Positions 49,580 to 61,689 are shown, counted from the first letter of the whole stretch. The stretch: DNA of 61,689 nt, filler included, from Chiloscyllium plagiosum (GCF_004010195.1; 3 parts of one record of this genome joined end to end with filler, not necessarily neighbours in it); one strand, 5' to 3'. Made by a program: numbers and translations. The notes: generated from the letters alone by a model not told the origin.

Positions 49580-49809
49580 TTAAAAACAAGGACTGCAGAT
49601 GCTGGAAACCAGATTCTAGATTAGAGTGGTGCTGGAAAAGCACAGCAGTTCAGGTAGCATCTGAGGAGCAGGAAAATCAACGTTTCGGGCAAAGGCCCTT
49701 CATCAGGAATAGCCCTTCCTGATGAAGGGCTTTTGTCCAAAATGTCGATTTTTCTGCTCCTCGGATGCTGCCTGAACTGCTGTGCTTTTCCAGCACCATT
49801 CTAATCTAG
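49580..49809. mobile_element. Palindromic PLE mini-element with two opposed hammerhead cores; TSD of at least 14 bp
   Basis: AACATAAATTGGGG at 49556-49569 and 49810-49823; the minus core is intact and the plus core has GAAA>AAAA. Confidence 0.87.
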
Positions 49810-49959
49810 AACATAAATTGGGGTAATTGGAGTGTTAATGGTTTAGATTGATCAGATTTCTTGAATGTCAAAGGATCAACAAGGGAGAGCACAGTGTGGG
49901 ACTTGGTTCTGAGGAAAGAAGTCAGACAAGTGTTCAATGTGGTAGAGGGGGGACAATTT

Positions 49960-50565
49960 AGGCAACATCCTTGCAAATCTTTTCTGAACCCTTTCAAGTT
50001 TCACGACATCTTTCCAATAGGAAGGAGACCAGAATTGCACGCAATATTCCAACAGTGGCCTAACCAATGTCCTGTACAGCCGCAACATGACCTCCCAACT
50101 CCTGTACTCAATACTCTGACCAATAAAGGAAAGCATACCAAATGCCTTCTTCACTANNNNNNNNNNNNNNNNNNNNNNNNNNNNNNNNNNNNNNNNNNNN
50201 NNNNNNNNNNNNNNNNNNNNNNNNNNNNNNNNNNNNNNNNNNNNNNNNNNNNNNNNNNNNNNNNNNNNNNNNNNNNNNNNNNNNNNNNNNNNNNNNNNNN
50301 NNNNNNNNNNNNNNNNNNNNNNNNNNNNNNNNNNNNNNNNNNNNNNNNACTCCCTAGGACCTTACCATTAAGTGTATAAGTCCTGCTAAGATTTGCTTTC
50401 CCAAAATGCAGCACCTCGCATTTATCTGAATTAAACTCCACCTGCCACTTCTCAGCCCATTGGCCCATCTGGTCCAGATCATGTTGTAATCTGAGGTAAC
50501 CCTCTTCGCTGTTCACTACACCTCCAATTTTGGTGTCATCTGCAAACTTACTAACTATACCTCAT
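49960..50565 (-). mobile_element. CR1 RT fragment spanning a 192-N gap (50157-50348)
   Basis: YLRLQHDLDQMGQWAEKWQ and MLRLYRTLVRPLLEYC; same subfamily as 33066-33790. Confidence 0.88.
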
Positions 50566-51669
50566 GAGGAAGAATATGTGATCTGAATTGGTTGAACTGA
50601 AGGGGGCTGTATCTCTTCCTAAAATAAGTCCATGCTGGCTCTTTCTGCTGTAAAATGACTGGGTGCTGGATTTATTGTGTGGATTTTGATGATTGTTCAG
50701 AGGTTTTTGCAAGTAGACTATCTAATTGGAAATTATTCACCCTCTTTGAATAAACCTAGACTGATAATGAAATTCTGTGTGATCAGTGGTTTAGGTCACT
50801 CAAGTTTAAGAAAAGAATTTGAAGAAAATTATAATCATGGAAGAATTCATAAAACATAAAACCTGATTGAACAGAGCACCAAATACTAAGTCTGAGGCAA
50901 ACAGCAGATCTCTGTGATTTCTCACACATAGAGAGCTGCAGAGATGGTCAGAGGGGAATCCATCAGGAAATTAGGGGAGAAGAAGTTTGTGTCTGGCACA
51001 GGGATCAGATTTTAGGAACAAACAGAAAGACGTCAAATAATGAAGAAGAAAAGCTAGAACGAAAAAGTGATGCAAAAGAAATCACCAGGTTCCATTGTAA
51101 TACCAAATGGGCATATCAAAGTTAATTATTGGAAGTTAGGTCAGAAACTGATTACTGTAATAGGAATAAATAGAATAGTTGGAGAAAATAGAAGTCTCAG
51201 TGGGTCGAACAGCCTCATTCTGTGCCAGGACACTTCTGTGATTCTGTGACATCCTTAGGAACAGATTCTAGCATGTTTTCTGTTCAAAGATTGACAGCTA
51301 ACTGCCTTAGTGTTCATCATTCTCTTCTTCTGTCTTAAACAGTGATTTAACAAGTGATAACCACCAAACCACTGGAATGGTGTCATTGTGAAGAGCAAAT
51401 TGGAAAATTATTGGCAGTCTGAGTAGCTCTGTAACTTTGTAAATCATTCTGTTTCCTTTCAGTATCAGAATATGGGCAGTAATAGAGAAACTGTGGTGAA
51501 GAGACTGGTTGCCATTGCCAATACAGTTGACCTGGTGAGTATTGAGACTGCTCACACTGATGAAGGGTTCACCTTTCTCGTCCATTTCTTTGTTTCAGGC
51601 TCCCCCTGATGCCAACTGGCTTTGAATCAAACTAACAGGAAATCCAGTCATTTGAACTCAACACTTCAA

Positions 51670-51890
51670 ATCTCTGTCTATCTCCCTTTCGTCTTTCTCT
51701 CTCTCTCCCCCTTTCCCTCTATCCCTCTCTCCCCCCTTCTCTCTCTGTCTCTATCTCAGGCTACATTCTTGCTCATTTGTTTCTTTCTCTCTCTCTGTCT
51801 CTTTCTTCACCCCCTCCCCATCTCAAACTGCACTCTCTCATTCCTCCCTCATTGCTATCACTCCCTCTTTCTTTCTCCACTCTCACTGTT
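51670..51890. repeat. CT-rich low-complexity tract
   Basis: Degenerate (TC)n. Confidence 0.8.
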
Positions 51891-52229
51891 TGTAGTTACA
51901 ACTGTAAACTGCCACTGTCACGACAGTAGACTGAGAATAAGGAGACTGCACCATGAATTCACTGTGGTAGAGATCTCCTGTCCTCCTTTGCTCTGTCTCA
52001 GTTTTGTTTTTTTTGTTCATTCACATTGTGGGAGTCCAGGGAGAGGGTTATGAGGCATGGGGGTGAGTTTGGAGCCAGTGGCAGGGGTGTGGAGTTTGCT
52101 GTCAATTGTTGTGAGGTTAATTCGGATTGAGGAAAGAAGTTTGTATAAGTGTGATAGGGAGGCAGGACCAGAGCAGGAGATCGGCAAGTGGAGTGATTGA
52201 GGAGACTGTGGTAGTTAGCTCAAGTAGGC

Positions 52230-53030
52230 CTAATGGGAGGAACAGGCAGGCCAGGTTAATGAACACAGTGGGTCTGACGGTCTGAGGTGCGTTTATTTTA
52301 ACCCAAGGAGTATAACAGGTAAGGCAGAGAAGCTTAGAGACTGGATTAGTATATGGGATTACAATGTTGTAGTCACTAGTTGTAGTTCAGTGTTCCGGGG
52401 TTTTGATGTTTCAGGTGAGGAACAGAGGGGTGTAAAATGGGTGGGGGAGTTACTTTACTAATTAAGAAGAATGTTATAGCCGGAATAAGGGAGGAGGGGG
52501 GGTCACCCAGCAAGGCCACATGGGGCAAATCAGGGATAACAAAGGTGCAGTCACTATGATGGGGTGGTGCTATAGACCTCCCAACAACCAATGGGGGACA
52601 GAGAAATAAACATGTAAGCAAATTATTGAAAGATGTAAGAACAACAGGGTTGTTATAGTGGGTGCTTTTAACTTTCCCAATATTGACTAGGATTCCTTTA
52701 GTACCAGTGGCTTGGATGGGGCAGACTTTGTTGGGTATATCCAAGAGGGTTTCTGGAATCGATGCAGTCCAACTGGGAAAGGGGCTGTATTAGACCTTGT
52801 CTTTGGGAATCAGCCTGGCCAGGTGGTTGAAGGTTCAGTGGGGAAAAATTTGGGAACAAGTACCACAATTCCATAAGTTCTAAGATAGTTATAAATAAGG
52901 AAAAGATGAGTCTTCAGGTAAAAGCACAAAATTAGGAGAACACTAATTATAGCAGTATTCAGCAGGAACTGGAGAAATTTGGTTATAAGTTCCTACTTGA
53001 GTGTAAATCCACATCTAACATGCGGGAATA
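52230..53030 (+). mobile_element. Decayed CR1 endonuclease region
   Basis: LRCVYFN, YRPP, VVIVGAFNFPNID, AVLDLV motifs. Confidence 0.75.
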
Positions 53031-53049
53031 AGACCACAAGATGCAGGAG

Positions 53050-53175
53050 AAATTGAGGACTGCAGACACCAGAGATCAGAGTCAAAAATTGTGGCGCTGA
53101 AATAACACAGTCGGTCAGGCAGCATCTGAGGAGCAGGAGAGTCAACTTTCAAGCATAAGCTCTTCATCAGGAACA
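53050..53175 (-). mobile_element. PLE pLTR fragment with hammerhead core
   Basis: CTGATGA a gagc ttat gctt GAAA g TT on the minus strand. Confidence 0.75.
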
Positions 53176-53639
53176 GCTTATTTTTGACAAAAGATACATG
53201 AGCGAAACTAGGCCCATTGAGTCTGCTTCACCATTCAGTCATGGCTGGTATGTTTCTTACCACCATTCTCCTGCAACCTTTGATACCAATCATGAACCTG
53301 TCTATCTCTGTCTTAAATATACTCAGTGACTTGGCTTCCACAGCCCTCTGGCAATGAGTTCCACAGATTAACCACCCTCTGGCTGAAGAAATCCTCCTCA
53401 TCTTAGTTCGAAAGAGTTGGCCCTTTCACACTGAGACTGTGCCCCTGAGTCCTACTCTGTAAGTTTCAATCAGATTCCCCCCCCCCCCCTCATTCTTCTA
53501 AACCCCATTGATGACAGACCCACAGTCCTCAAATGCTCCTCATATGACAAACCCTTCAGCCCACATGGATCTTCCCCTTCAACTCCAAGTTCCTTTGCAG
53601 CCCAAATGACATATCCTGAACATACCAGGCAGACAAAGT

Positions 53640-53810
53640 CTCAGCAGGTCTGGCAGCATCTGTAAGGAGAGAAAAGCTTTGACAAAGGGTCAGTTAGACT
53701 CAAAACATCAGCTCTTTTCTCTCCTTACAGATGCTGCTGGACCTGCTGAGATTTTCCAGCATTTTCTCTTTTGGTTTCAGATTCCAGCATCAGCAGTAAT
53801 TTGCTTTTAT
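53640..53810 (+). mobile_element. Fold-back PLE mini-insertion in a CR1 ORF1 esterase fragment, 14-bp TSD
   Basis: caggcagac(a/c)aagt at 53626-53639 and 53811-53824; the host reads VVVIRDSIVGGID on the minus strand. Confidence 0.8.
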
Positions 53811-53989
53811 CAGGCAGACCAAGTATTTGGGACTCTTGAACATGACCACATAGAACGGTGTCTATTCCTCCGACTATACTGTCCCTGATTACAACTACAC
53901 TTCTCTTTCTCCATCCTTTTGAATGGCTCCGTGTATCATGAAGCTGGTCATGGCTCACATCAACTCCAGCCTGCACTGAAACTCTGCAA

Positions 53990-54870
53990 TGTGCCTACCA
54001 ACAAAACAGGCTGTGCCTCCTGCAGCTAGATTGTCAGCTTCCTGACCCACAGACCGCAGGCAGTGAGGATAGACAACAGCACCTCCTCCATGATGACCCT
54101 CAACACTGGAGCCCTCCACCCCGCAAGGATGTGTTCCCAGCCCCCTCCTGTACACCCTGTACACCCACAGCTGTGTGGCCAAATTCTGAACAAACTCCAT
54201 CTTCATGATCACTGACAACACCACCGTGGGAGGATGGACATCAAACAACGATGAGTCAGAGTACAGGAAGGAGACAGAGGGCTTGGTGACATCGTCCATT
54301 AATAACAATCTCTCTCTCAGTGTCGGTGAAATGAAAGAACTCATCATTGACTTAAGGAAGAAAGGAGGACATGCCCCCATCTACATCAGCGGAGTTGAGG
54401 TTGAGAGGGTGGAGAGCATCAAGTTCCTCAGAGTGACAATAACTGACAGCCTATCCTGGTTTTCCCACATGGATGCGACGGTCAAGAAGGCACAACAATG
54501 CCTCTTCTTCCTCAGGCAGCTCAGGAAATTCAGCATGTCCATAAGGGCCCTCACCAACTTCTACAGATACACCATTGAGAGTAGACTGTCCAGGTGTATA
54601 ATGGCCTGATACGGTAACAGCTCTGCCCAGGACCGTAAGAAACTGCAGAAGGTTGTGTGCACAGCCCAGACCATCACGGAATCCACCCTCCCATCCATGG
54701 ACTCCATTTACACAGCTCACTGCCACGGAGAGGCTGCCAACATCATCCAAGCCCCCTCCCACCCCGGTAATGATCTCCTCCAACCTCTTCCATCAGGCAG
54801 GAGATACAGAAGCTTGAACACATTCGCCAACAGGTTCAGGAACAGCTTCTTCCCGGCTATTATTAGATTG
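53990..54870 (+). mobile_element. Rex1/Babar-like LINE 3' part
   Basis: DNTTVGG..DESEYRKE, KELIIDLRK, KKAQQCLFFLRQLRK, RFRNSFFP. Confidence 0.85.
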
Positions 54871-55710
54871 GGTTCAATCCAGGCAAATGCGAGGTGACGC
54901 ATTTTGGAAGATGCAGTTCAAGAGCGAAATATACGGTAATTGGAAACATCCTGGGGAAAATTGATGCACAGAGAGATCAATGTGTTCAGGTCCATTGTTT
55001 CCTGAAGGTGTCAAAGCAAGTCAGTAGAGTTGTCAAGAAGGCATACTGCATTGTTTTCCATCATCGCGTGGGGTATTGAGTACAAGAGTTGGCAGATTAT
55101 GTTACAGTAGCATAATACTTGGTTCGGCCACATTAGGAATAATGCGTACAGTTCTGGATGCCACATTTTTGATTAGATTAGATTACTTACAGTGTGGAAA
55201 CAGGCCCTTTGGCCCAACAAGTCCACACTGACCCTCCAAAGAGCAACCCACCCAGACCCATTCTTCTACATTTACCCCTTCACCTAACACTACAGGCAAT
55301 TTAGCATGGCCAACTCACCTAAGCACCCAGAGGAGACCCACGCAGACATGGGGAGAATGTTCAAACTCCACACAGACAGTTGCTGAGGCCTGGGTCTCTG
55401 GCGCTGTGAGGCAGCAGTGCTAACGGCTTTGGATGTGGATGCTTTGGAGAGGGTGCAGAAGAGGTTCACCTGGTATGGAGGGCGCTAGCTATGAAGAGAG
55501 GTTGAATAGATTAGGATTATTTTCATTTGAGGTTGAGGGGGGCCTAATTGAGGTCTACAAAATCATGAGAGATGTGGACAGGGTGGATAGCAAGCTGCTT
55601 TTTCCCAGAGTGGGAGACTCAATTATGAGGGATCATGAGTTCAAGGTGAACTTAGATTAACTTAAGATATCTGGTTGGCATGGATGAGTTGGACCGAAGA
55701 GTCTGTGATG
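54870..55710 (+). mobile_element. CR1 3' fragment with antisense HE1 SINE (about 55168-55425)
   Basis: YEERLNRLGLFS, GLIEVYKIM; reversed HE1 tail and head. Confidence 0.82.
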
Positions 55711-57258
55711 TGGACTGTCCCCAAGATATCACCACTAACTTCCCCAAATTCCCAAGTCTTCCTGTCTTTCTTCATGGCAAACACTCATTGAGAACCTTGC
55801 CCATCTCCTGCAATTTCACACATATGTGCCCACTTTGGTCCTTGAGGGGCCCTATTCTCTCTTTAGTTATTCTTTTTTCTATTTAAATATATTTAAAGAA
55901 CCTCTTTGATTCACCCTAATCTTCTCCAAGTCTATCTCATGCCCCCTTATTGTCCTCCTGATTTCCTTCTTCAGTGAACTCCTGTATTCACTGTACTATA
56001 TCTACCCCCCCTTAATTTAAAGCTATGCCCCCTTGTAATACCCGACTCCATACGCGGGAAAAGGTTCACACTGTCAACCCTATCTAACCCCCTAATCATC
56101 ATATGGACTGTCCCCAAGATATTGCCACTAACTTCCCAGGTCTTCATGTCTTTCTCCATCATAAACACAGAGGAGAAATATTCATTGTGGATGCTGCCTC
56201 AATCCTGCAGTTCTGCACATACATGTCCACTTTGGTCCTTGAGGGGCCCTATTCTCTCTCGAGTTATTCTTTTCCCTTTGGATGCACTCTAATCTTATTA
56301 GCCAAGACTACCTCGTGCCCCCTTTTTGCCCTCTTGATTTCCTTCTTCAGTAAACTCCTGTATTCCCTATATACCTCCAGGAATTCACTTGATCCCAGCT
56401 GCTTCCTTTTTTCTGATCACAGCCTCAATATCTCTTTGTCATCCAGGGTTCCCTGTTCCTGCCAACCCTGCCCTTCACCCTCACAGGAACATATCGTCCT
56501 TGAACTCTAGCTATCTCACTTTTAAAGGCCTCCCACTTGCCAGCAGTCCGGCTCCAACCAACCCCTGCAAACTCCTGTCTAATTCCATCAATATTCACCT
56601 TCCCCCAATTTAGTACTTGAACCTGTGGACCAGTTTTTCCCTCTCTATAACTATTTTAAATGTAATAGAACTATGGTCACTGCTCCCACAGTGCTCCCCC
56701 ACTGTCACCTCCGTCACCTGTCCTGCCCCATTTCCCAAGAGGAGGTTGAGTTTTACCCCCTCCTGAGTGGGACCCTCTGCATACTGCACCATCGAAGCCC
56801 TTAACACTCTGGCAGTCCCAGTCTATGTTCGGAAAATGAAAATCCCCGACTATGACAATCCTATTGCTCCTGGGAGTCTCCCCAGTCTCCCGGCAGATTT
56901 GTTCCTCGAATTCCCGCTGACTATTTGGGGGCCTATAGTACAACCCCAATAACGTCACCATCCCCTTCTTATTTCTTAGCTCCACCCACAAAGCCTCACT
57001 GGATGATCCTTCAGTTATTTCATCTCTGGTTACTGCTGTGATACTCACCTTCATCAAAAATACATCTCCCCCTCCCCTCCTTCCACCACCTCTGTCCCAC
57101 CTAAAGCACCTGTCTCCTGGTACATGAAGCTGTCAGTTCTGTCCCTCCCTTTGCCATGTTTCTGTAATGGGTATAATATCCCAGTCCCATGTACCTATCC
57201 ACGCCCTGAGTTCATCAGCCTTACCTCTTGCATTGAAATAGATGCAATTTAATCTAAC
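55708..57258 (-). mobile_element. CR1 EN/linker remnants (55708-55990 duplicates 56103-56365)
   Basis: EALWVELRNKKG..LYYRPPN..VIVGDFHFPNIDW. Confidence 0.82.
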
Positions 57259-57259
57259 A

Positions 57260-57985
57260 TGTGGAGGTGCCAGTGTTGGATGGGGTGAATAAAGTTAAAA
57301 ATCACATCACACTAGGTTATATTCCAAAAGGGTTATTTGGAAGTCACGAGTGTGGTGCTGGAAAAGCATAGCTAGTCAGGTAGCATCCGAGGAGCAGGAG
57401 AATTGCCGTTTTGAACATAAGCTCTTCATCAGGAATGGGGGTGGAGGGTTGGGGGGGATTGGGGCCGAAGATGGGTGAGAGATAAATGGAAGGGAGGTGG
57501 GGCTGGAATAAGGTAGCTGGGAATGTGATAGGTTGACGAAGGCCACAAAAGAGCCTTCCATATCTGTCAGAGATTTACCTGCACTTCCGCACATGTCATC
57601 TCTTATATCCGTTGCTCCTGATATGGTCTCTATAATGGGGAGACAGGACACCAACATTTTGAACCGTTTCAGAGAACATCTCCAGAACACCTGCACGAAA
57701 CAACTCCACTGCCCCATGGCTGAACACGTTAACTCCCCCTCCCACTCTCTGAAGGACATGCAAGTCCTGGGCCTCCCCCATCGTCAAACCCTAACCACCT
57801 GATGCCTGGAGGAAGAACACCTCATCTTCCACCTTGGGCCCCTCCAACCCCGTGAGATCAATGTGGATTTCACCAGTTTCTTCATTCCTCACCTCCCCAC
57901 ATTATCCCAGTCCCAAGCCTCCTGCTCGGCACTGCCCTCTTGACTTGTCCATCTTTCTTCCCATCTATCTGCTCCACCTCCTCTC
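57260..57985. mobile_element. PLE cluster: family A pLTR end (minus), inverted pLTR (57350-57535) and plus-strand GIY-YIG 3' end
   Basis: RFREHL..AEHVNSPSHSLKDMQVLGL; decayed minus-strand hammerhead at about 57405-57435. Confidence 0.78.
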
Positions 57986-58019
57986 TTATAACATTTTCCA
58001 ACACCTTGCCCACAACCAA

Positions 58020-58450
58020 AGTAAGGCCTTCTATCCAACTCGTCCGTGCTGATCAAATACCCTAAATTAAGCTCGTCCCATTTGCCAACACTTGGCCCAT
58101 ATCCTTATAAACCCTTCCTATTCATATGCCTTTTAAATGTTTTAATTGTACCAGCTTCCACCACTTTCATGCAGAGGGTGGTATGTGTATAGAAAGATCT
58201 GCCAGAGGGAACGTTGCCCCTTAGGCCCCTTTTTATCTTTACCCCCTCACCCTAAAACTATGCCCTCTAGTTCTGGACTCCTCCACCCCAGGGAAAAGAC
58301 CTTGTCTATTTATCCTATCCATGCCCCTCATGGTTTTATAAACCTGTATAAAGTCACCCCTCGGCCTCTGACACTCCAGGGAAAACAGCCCCAACTTATT
58401 CAGCCTCTCTCTATAGCTCAAAACCTCAACCCTGGCATCATCCTTATAGA
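58020..58450 (-). mobile_element. CR1 3' fragment
   Basis: SYRERLNKLGLFSLE, MRGMDRINRQ. Confidence 0.82.
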
Positions 58451-58919
58451 TCTTTTCTATGATAAAATAGAAAGTTGTTTGGGGACAAAAAAAGGTTGTA
58501 GTGGATAAACATCAATCGTCATATTGAATGTCAGCGTAAGCTCAGTAGTGGTTTAAACGTCCTGCTCCTGCTCCTGCGTTTCTGTCGGAAAATGAAACAA
58601 AAGTAAATGCTCCTTTAAATCTAAGACTGCTTCTCAATATTCAGGAGATTAATTTTCACTTCCTGAAGGCTTCAGGACAAGCTTGTAGGATTTCAAAGCT
58701 AAAACATTGTAAACTATCTGATACTAGGAATTTCATTGATGTCGATGCTCCAAGTTTATAGAACAGTGAATGTGGATCTTGCTACTGCATGTAGTAGTTG
58801 AGGTGATCAGCCGAGAGGTACAATTACAGGGGACATGTTTGGGAAAAAGAAAAACAATAGAAAGATAATAGGGAAGAAGCAAAACTATTTCCATAGAACA
58901 AGTTAAGCCAGCTATGAAG

Positions 58920-59680
58920 AATTGAAAACAACAAATGCTGGAGATCACATCGGGTCAGGCAGCATCCATGGAGGGAGAGAGCAAGCTAACGTTTCAAATC
59001 TAGAGGACTCTTCATCAGAGCTGACGTAGAGTGGAGAGGGGACATTTACACTATAGTTTTTTGGGGTGGGTCAATGGTTGTAGGGTGTTAGGGGAGTAAG
59101 GATGTTGATAGTTCAGGTTAAGGGATTGGAATGTGAGAATGGCAGAACAGGGCTGAAAATGTGGTGCTGGAAAAGCACAGCAGGTCAGGCAGAATCCAAG
59201 GAGCAGGAGAATCAACGTTTCGGGAAGGGCTTATGCCCGAAACGTCGATTCTCCTGTTCCTTTGATGCTGCCTGACCTGCTGCGCTTTTCCAGCACCACA
59301 TTTTCAGCTCTGATCTCCAGCATCTGCAGTCCTCACTTTCTCCCCAATGGCAGAACAGGGGTGTGTCTCCTGCCAGATGTGAAAGGACATACAATGCTAC
59401 TGGGGGATGGGGGGGTTGGGAGAGAGGACATGGAGATAGAATGTAACAAACTTAAAAAAAAGGGAAGAAATGGTTCACAATTTGAAGGTGTTAAACTCAA
59501 TATTAAGTCCAGAAGGCTGTAAAGTGCCCAGTCTGAAGTTGAATTGTTCCTCCAGTTTGTGCTGTGATTCACTGGAACACTGTAGCATGCTGTGGTACTA
59601 AACTATAGGAAGGCTAGGGTCATGCTTGCTCATAGTCTGGAGTTTGGTTTCTCCAATGTAGAATAGGCCACATTGGAGGC
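58920..59680 (-). mobile_element. PLE 3' end with hammerhead core, carrying a nested fold-back insertion (59153-59345, 15-bp TSD)
   Basis: agct CTGATGA a gagtc ctcta gattt GAAA cg TT agct (58984-59022); AATGGCAGAACAGGG at 59138-59152 and 59346-59360. Confidence 0.83.
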
Positions 59681-60307
59681 ACATTGGGTCAACTACGAAA
59701 TGTTTCTGTCATGTGAAATTCTCAACAATTTCGGCAAAGAAATAGGAACCGCCAGGAATAATGAATGAAACAGTCACTTCACTTAATTTAGATACAACAT
59801 TATAAATGAATGTCATGTCTGAGCAAGGCTACAGAGTAAGTAAATGAGTGGCAAGTTGCTAAGTGCAAACTAATAATATTGCAATGAGTAAAACTGGACA
59901 GCAAGTTGCATCCTCTGAACCGATTAGATTGAAGAATTGTCAAATAAGCATTGTAGGATTGAGAAAGAAGCATTAAGCAGAGCGGCTGAATTTACTGTTA
60001 ATTGGAGGGACAGAAAGAGAAAAGAAGGGATTTTGTGGTGGAGTGGTAGTATCCCTAACTCTGAACCAAGAGGTTCAATTCAAGTCCCACCTACCCCTTG
60101 ATTAGAAAGAATAGGCAGAAAGAGATAAGGATTAGATTGTAATAGAAATAGTGAGAGAAAAGGCAAGATTAAAATTAATCAAACATTTCAAATTTAGTAC
60201 TTAAAAATTCTTGCAATGTCCAAACCATTACCCTTGTAATGTATAGGTTTCAGTACAGAAGGGTGATTGGGAACAAAGAATAATCACATTAATAGGTTTG
60301 AAGTGGG

Positions 60308-61310
60308 AGATGCTGGAGATCAGAGTCGAGAGTATGATGCTGGAAAAGCACAGCAGGTCAGTCAGCATCTGAGGAGCAGGAGAGTTGACCTTTCAGGTAT
60401 AAGCCCTTCATTCAGGAATGAGGCTTATGCGCTGGGGGCTGAGAGATAAATGGGAGGAGGATGGGGCTGGGGGGAAGGTAGCTGAGAATGCAATCGGTAG
60501 ATGAAGGTGTGGTTAATGCTGATAGGTTGTAGAGAAGTGTGGAGCGGATAGCTGGGAAGGATGATGAACAGGTCAAGGGGGCGGTGCCAAGTTGGAGGTT
60601 TGGAACTGAAAATATGTGGGGAGAGGGGAAATGAGGAAACTGGTGAAATCAACATCAATCCCATGTGGCTGCAGGGTACCAATGCAGAAGATGAAGCTTT
60701 CTTCCTCCAGGCATCGGATGGTTTGTATTTGGCGATGGAGAGGCCAGGACCTGCATGTCCTTGATGGAGTGGGAGGGGGAGTTGAAATGTTCATCCACGG
60801 GTCAGTGGATTTGTTTCCGGCAGGTGCCCAAGAGATGTTTTCTGAAATGATTTGCAAGTTGGCATCCTGTCTCCCTGATGTGGAGGAGACCATATTGGGA
60901 GCAATGGATACAGTAGATGATGTGTGGGAGTACAGGTAAATTTCTGTCAGAAGTGGAAGGATACTTTGGGATTTTAGACGGCGGTGAGGGGTGGGTGGGT
61001 GTTGGTGAGTGTGGGTTCAGGTTTTGTAATTCCTGAGGTGGCAGGGGATGATGCCGGGAATGGGGTGTGGGCTGGTGGGGGGTGTGTGGACCTGACGAGA
61101 GAGTCACAGAGGGAATGGTCTTTACGGAATGCAGATAGGGGTGGGGAGGGAAATATATCCCAAGTTGAGGGGACTGGTTGTAGGTGGTGAAATGGTGGAG
61201 GATGATGCGATGTATCCAGACGTTGGTGGGGTGGAAGGTGAGGACCAGGGTGGGGTTCTATCCTTGTTGCATTGGGAGGGGTGGGGTTCAAGGGCGGAGG
61301 TGCTCCGTGG
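60308..61310 (-). mobile_element. Penelope-like element 3' part (linker plus GIY-YIG plus pLTR)
   Basis: FPSPPLSAFRKDHSLCDSLVRS; IIYCIHCSQYGLLHIRETG..FRKHL; LEEESFIFCIGTLQPHGIDVDF. Confidence 0.88.
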
Positions 61311-61372
61311 TGAATCGGTTGCTGGAGATGTAGCCGGGTCCCAGCTATGGCTGCCTCTTTGTCAGCTATGTG

Positions 61373-61689
61373 GACCGTCTTGAAAGGATATTGGAGCGGG
61401 AGGGGGAGGATCCAGTTGTTGTGGTCCACGTTGGTACCAACAACATAGGCAAGACTAGGGTGGAGGACCTGTTTGGGCATTATGAAGCACTAGGCAGGAA
61501 ATTGAAGCACAGGTCCTCAAGGGTCATAATCTCCGGATTACTGCCCGAGCCACGTGCCAATTGGCATAGGGACAAGAAAATTAGGCAAGTAAACACGTGG
61601 CTAAGGGATTGGTGTGGGAAAGAGGTATTCCACTTCATGGGGCATTGGCATCAGTTTTGGAACAGGGGGGATCTGTACCGTGGGGACGG
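61373..61689 (+). mobile_element. CR1 ORF1 SGNH-esterase domain fragment (open frame, runs off right edge)
   Basis: DRLERILEREGEDPVVVVHVGTNNIG...RVIISGLLP...NTWLRDWC...HWHQFWNRGDLYRGDG. Confidence 0.85.

Overview
Repeat-dense vertebrate genomic DNA, very probably a shark or other elasmobranch (HE1-type V-SINEs, HER1/CR1 LINEs). It is mostly intronic sequence of one ADAM metalloprotease gene (ADAM15-like). Five phase-compatible minus-strand exons encode the disintegrin and Cys-rich domains and the start of the EGF domain (44265->16184). A probable sixth minus-strand exon (2623-2688) encodes a Thr-rich mucin-like stalk. The furin-site/metalloprotease-start exon (49268-49333) is on the PLUS strand beyond a scaffolding gap, most likely a misoriented contig. 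The left 10 kb is a 32-bp satellite with a perfectly homogenised 96-bp higher-order core. The rest is a mosaic of CR1, Rex1-like, Tx1-like, Gmr1-like Gypsy and Penelope-like (PLE) remnants. The most notable non-coding signal is more than a dozen minimal hammerhead-ribozyme-like cores (CUGAnGA...GAAA-NN-UH, intact or decayed) carried by several PLE terminal-repeat families. Many of these repeats occur as short, often fold-back, insertions with 12-17 bp target-site duplications. There are four assembly gaps, two with an artificial TTAATTAATTAA linker. Exon boundaries were read base by base; repeat boundaries are approximate. No database searches were run.
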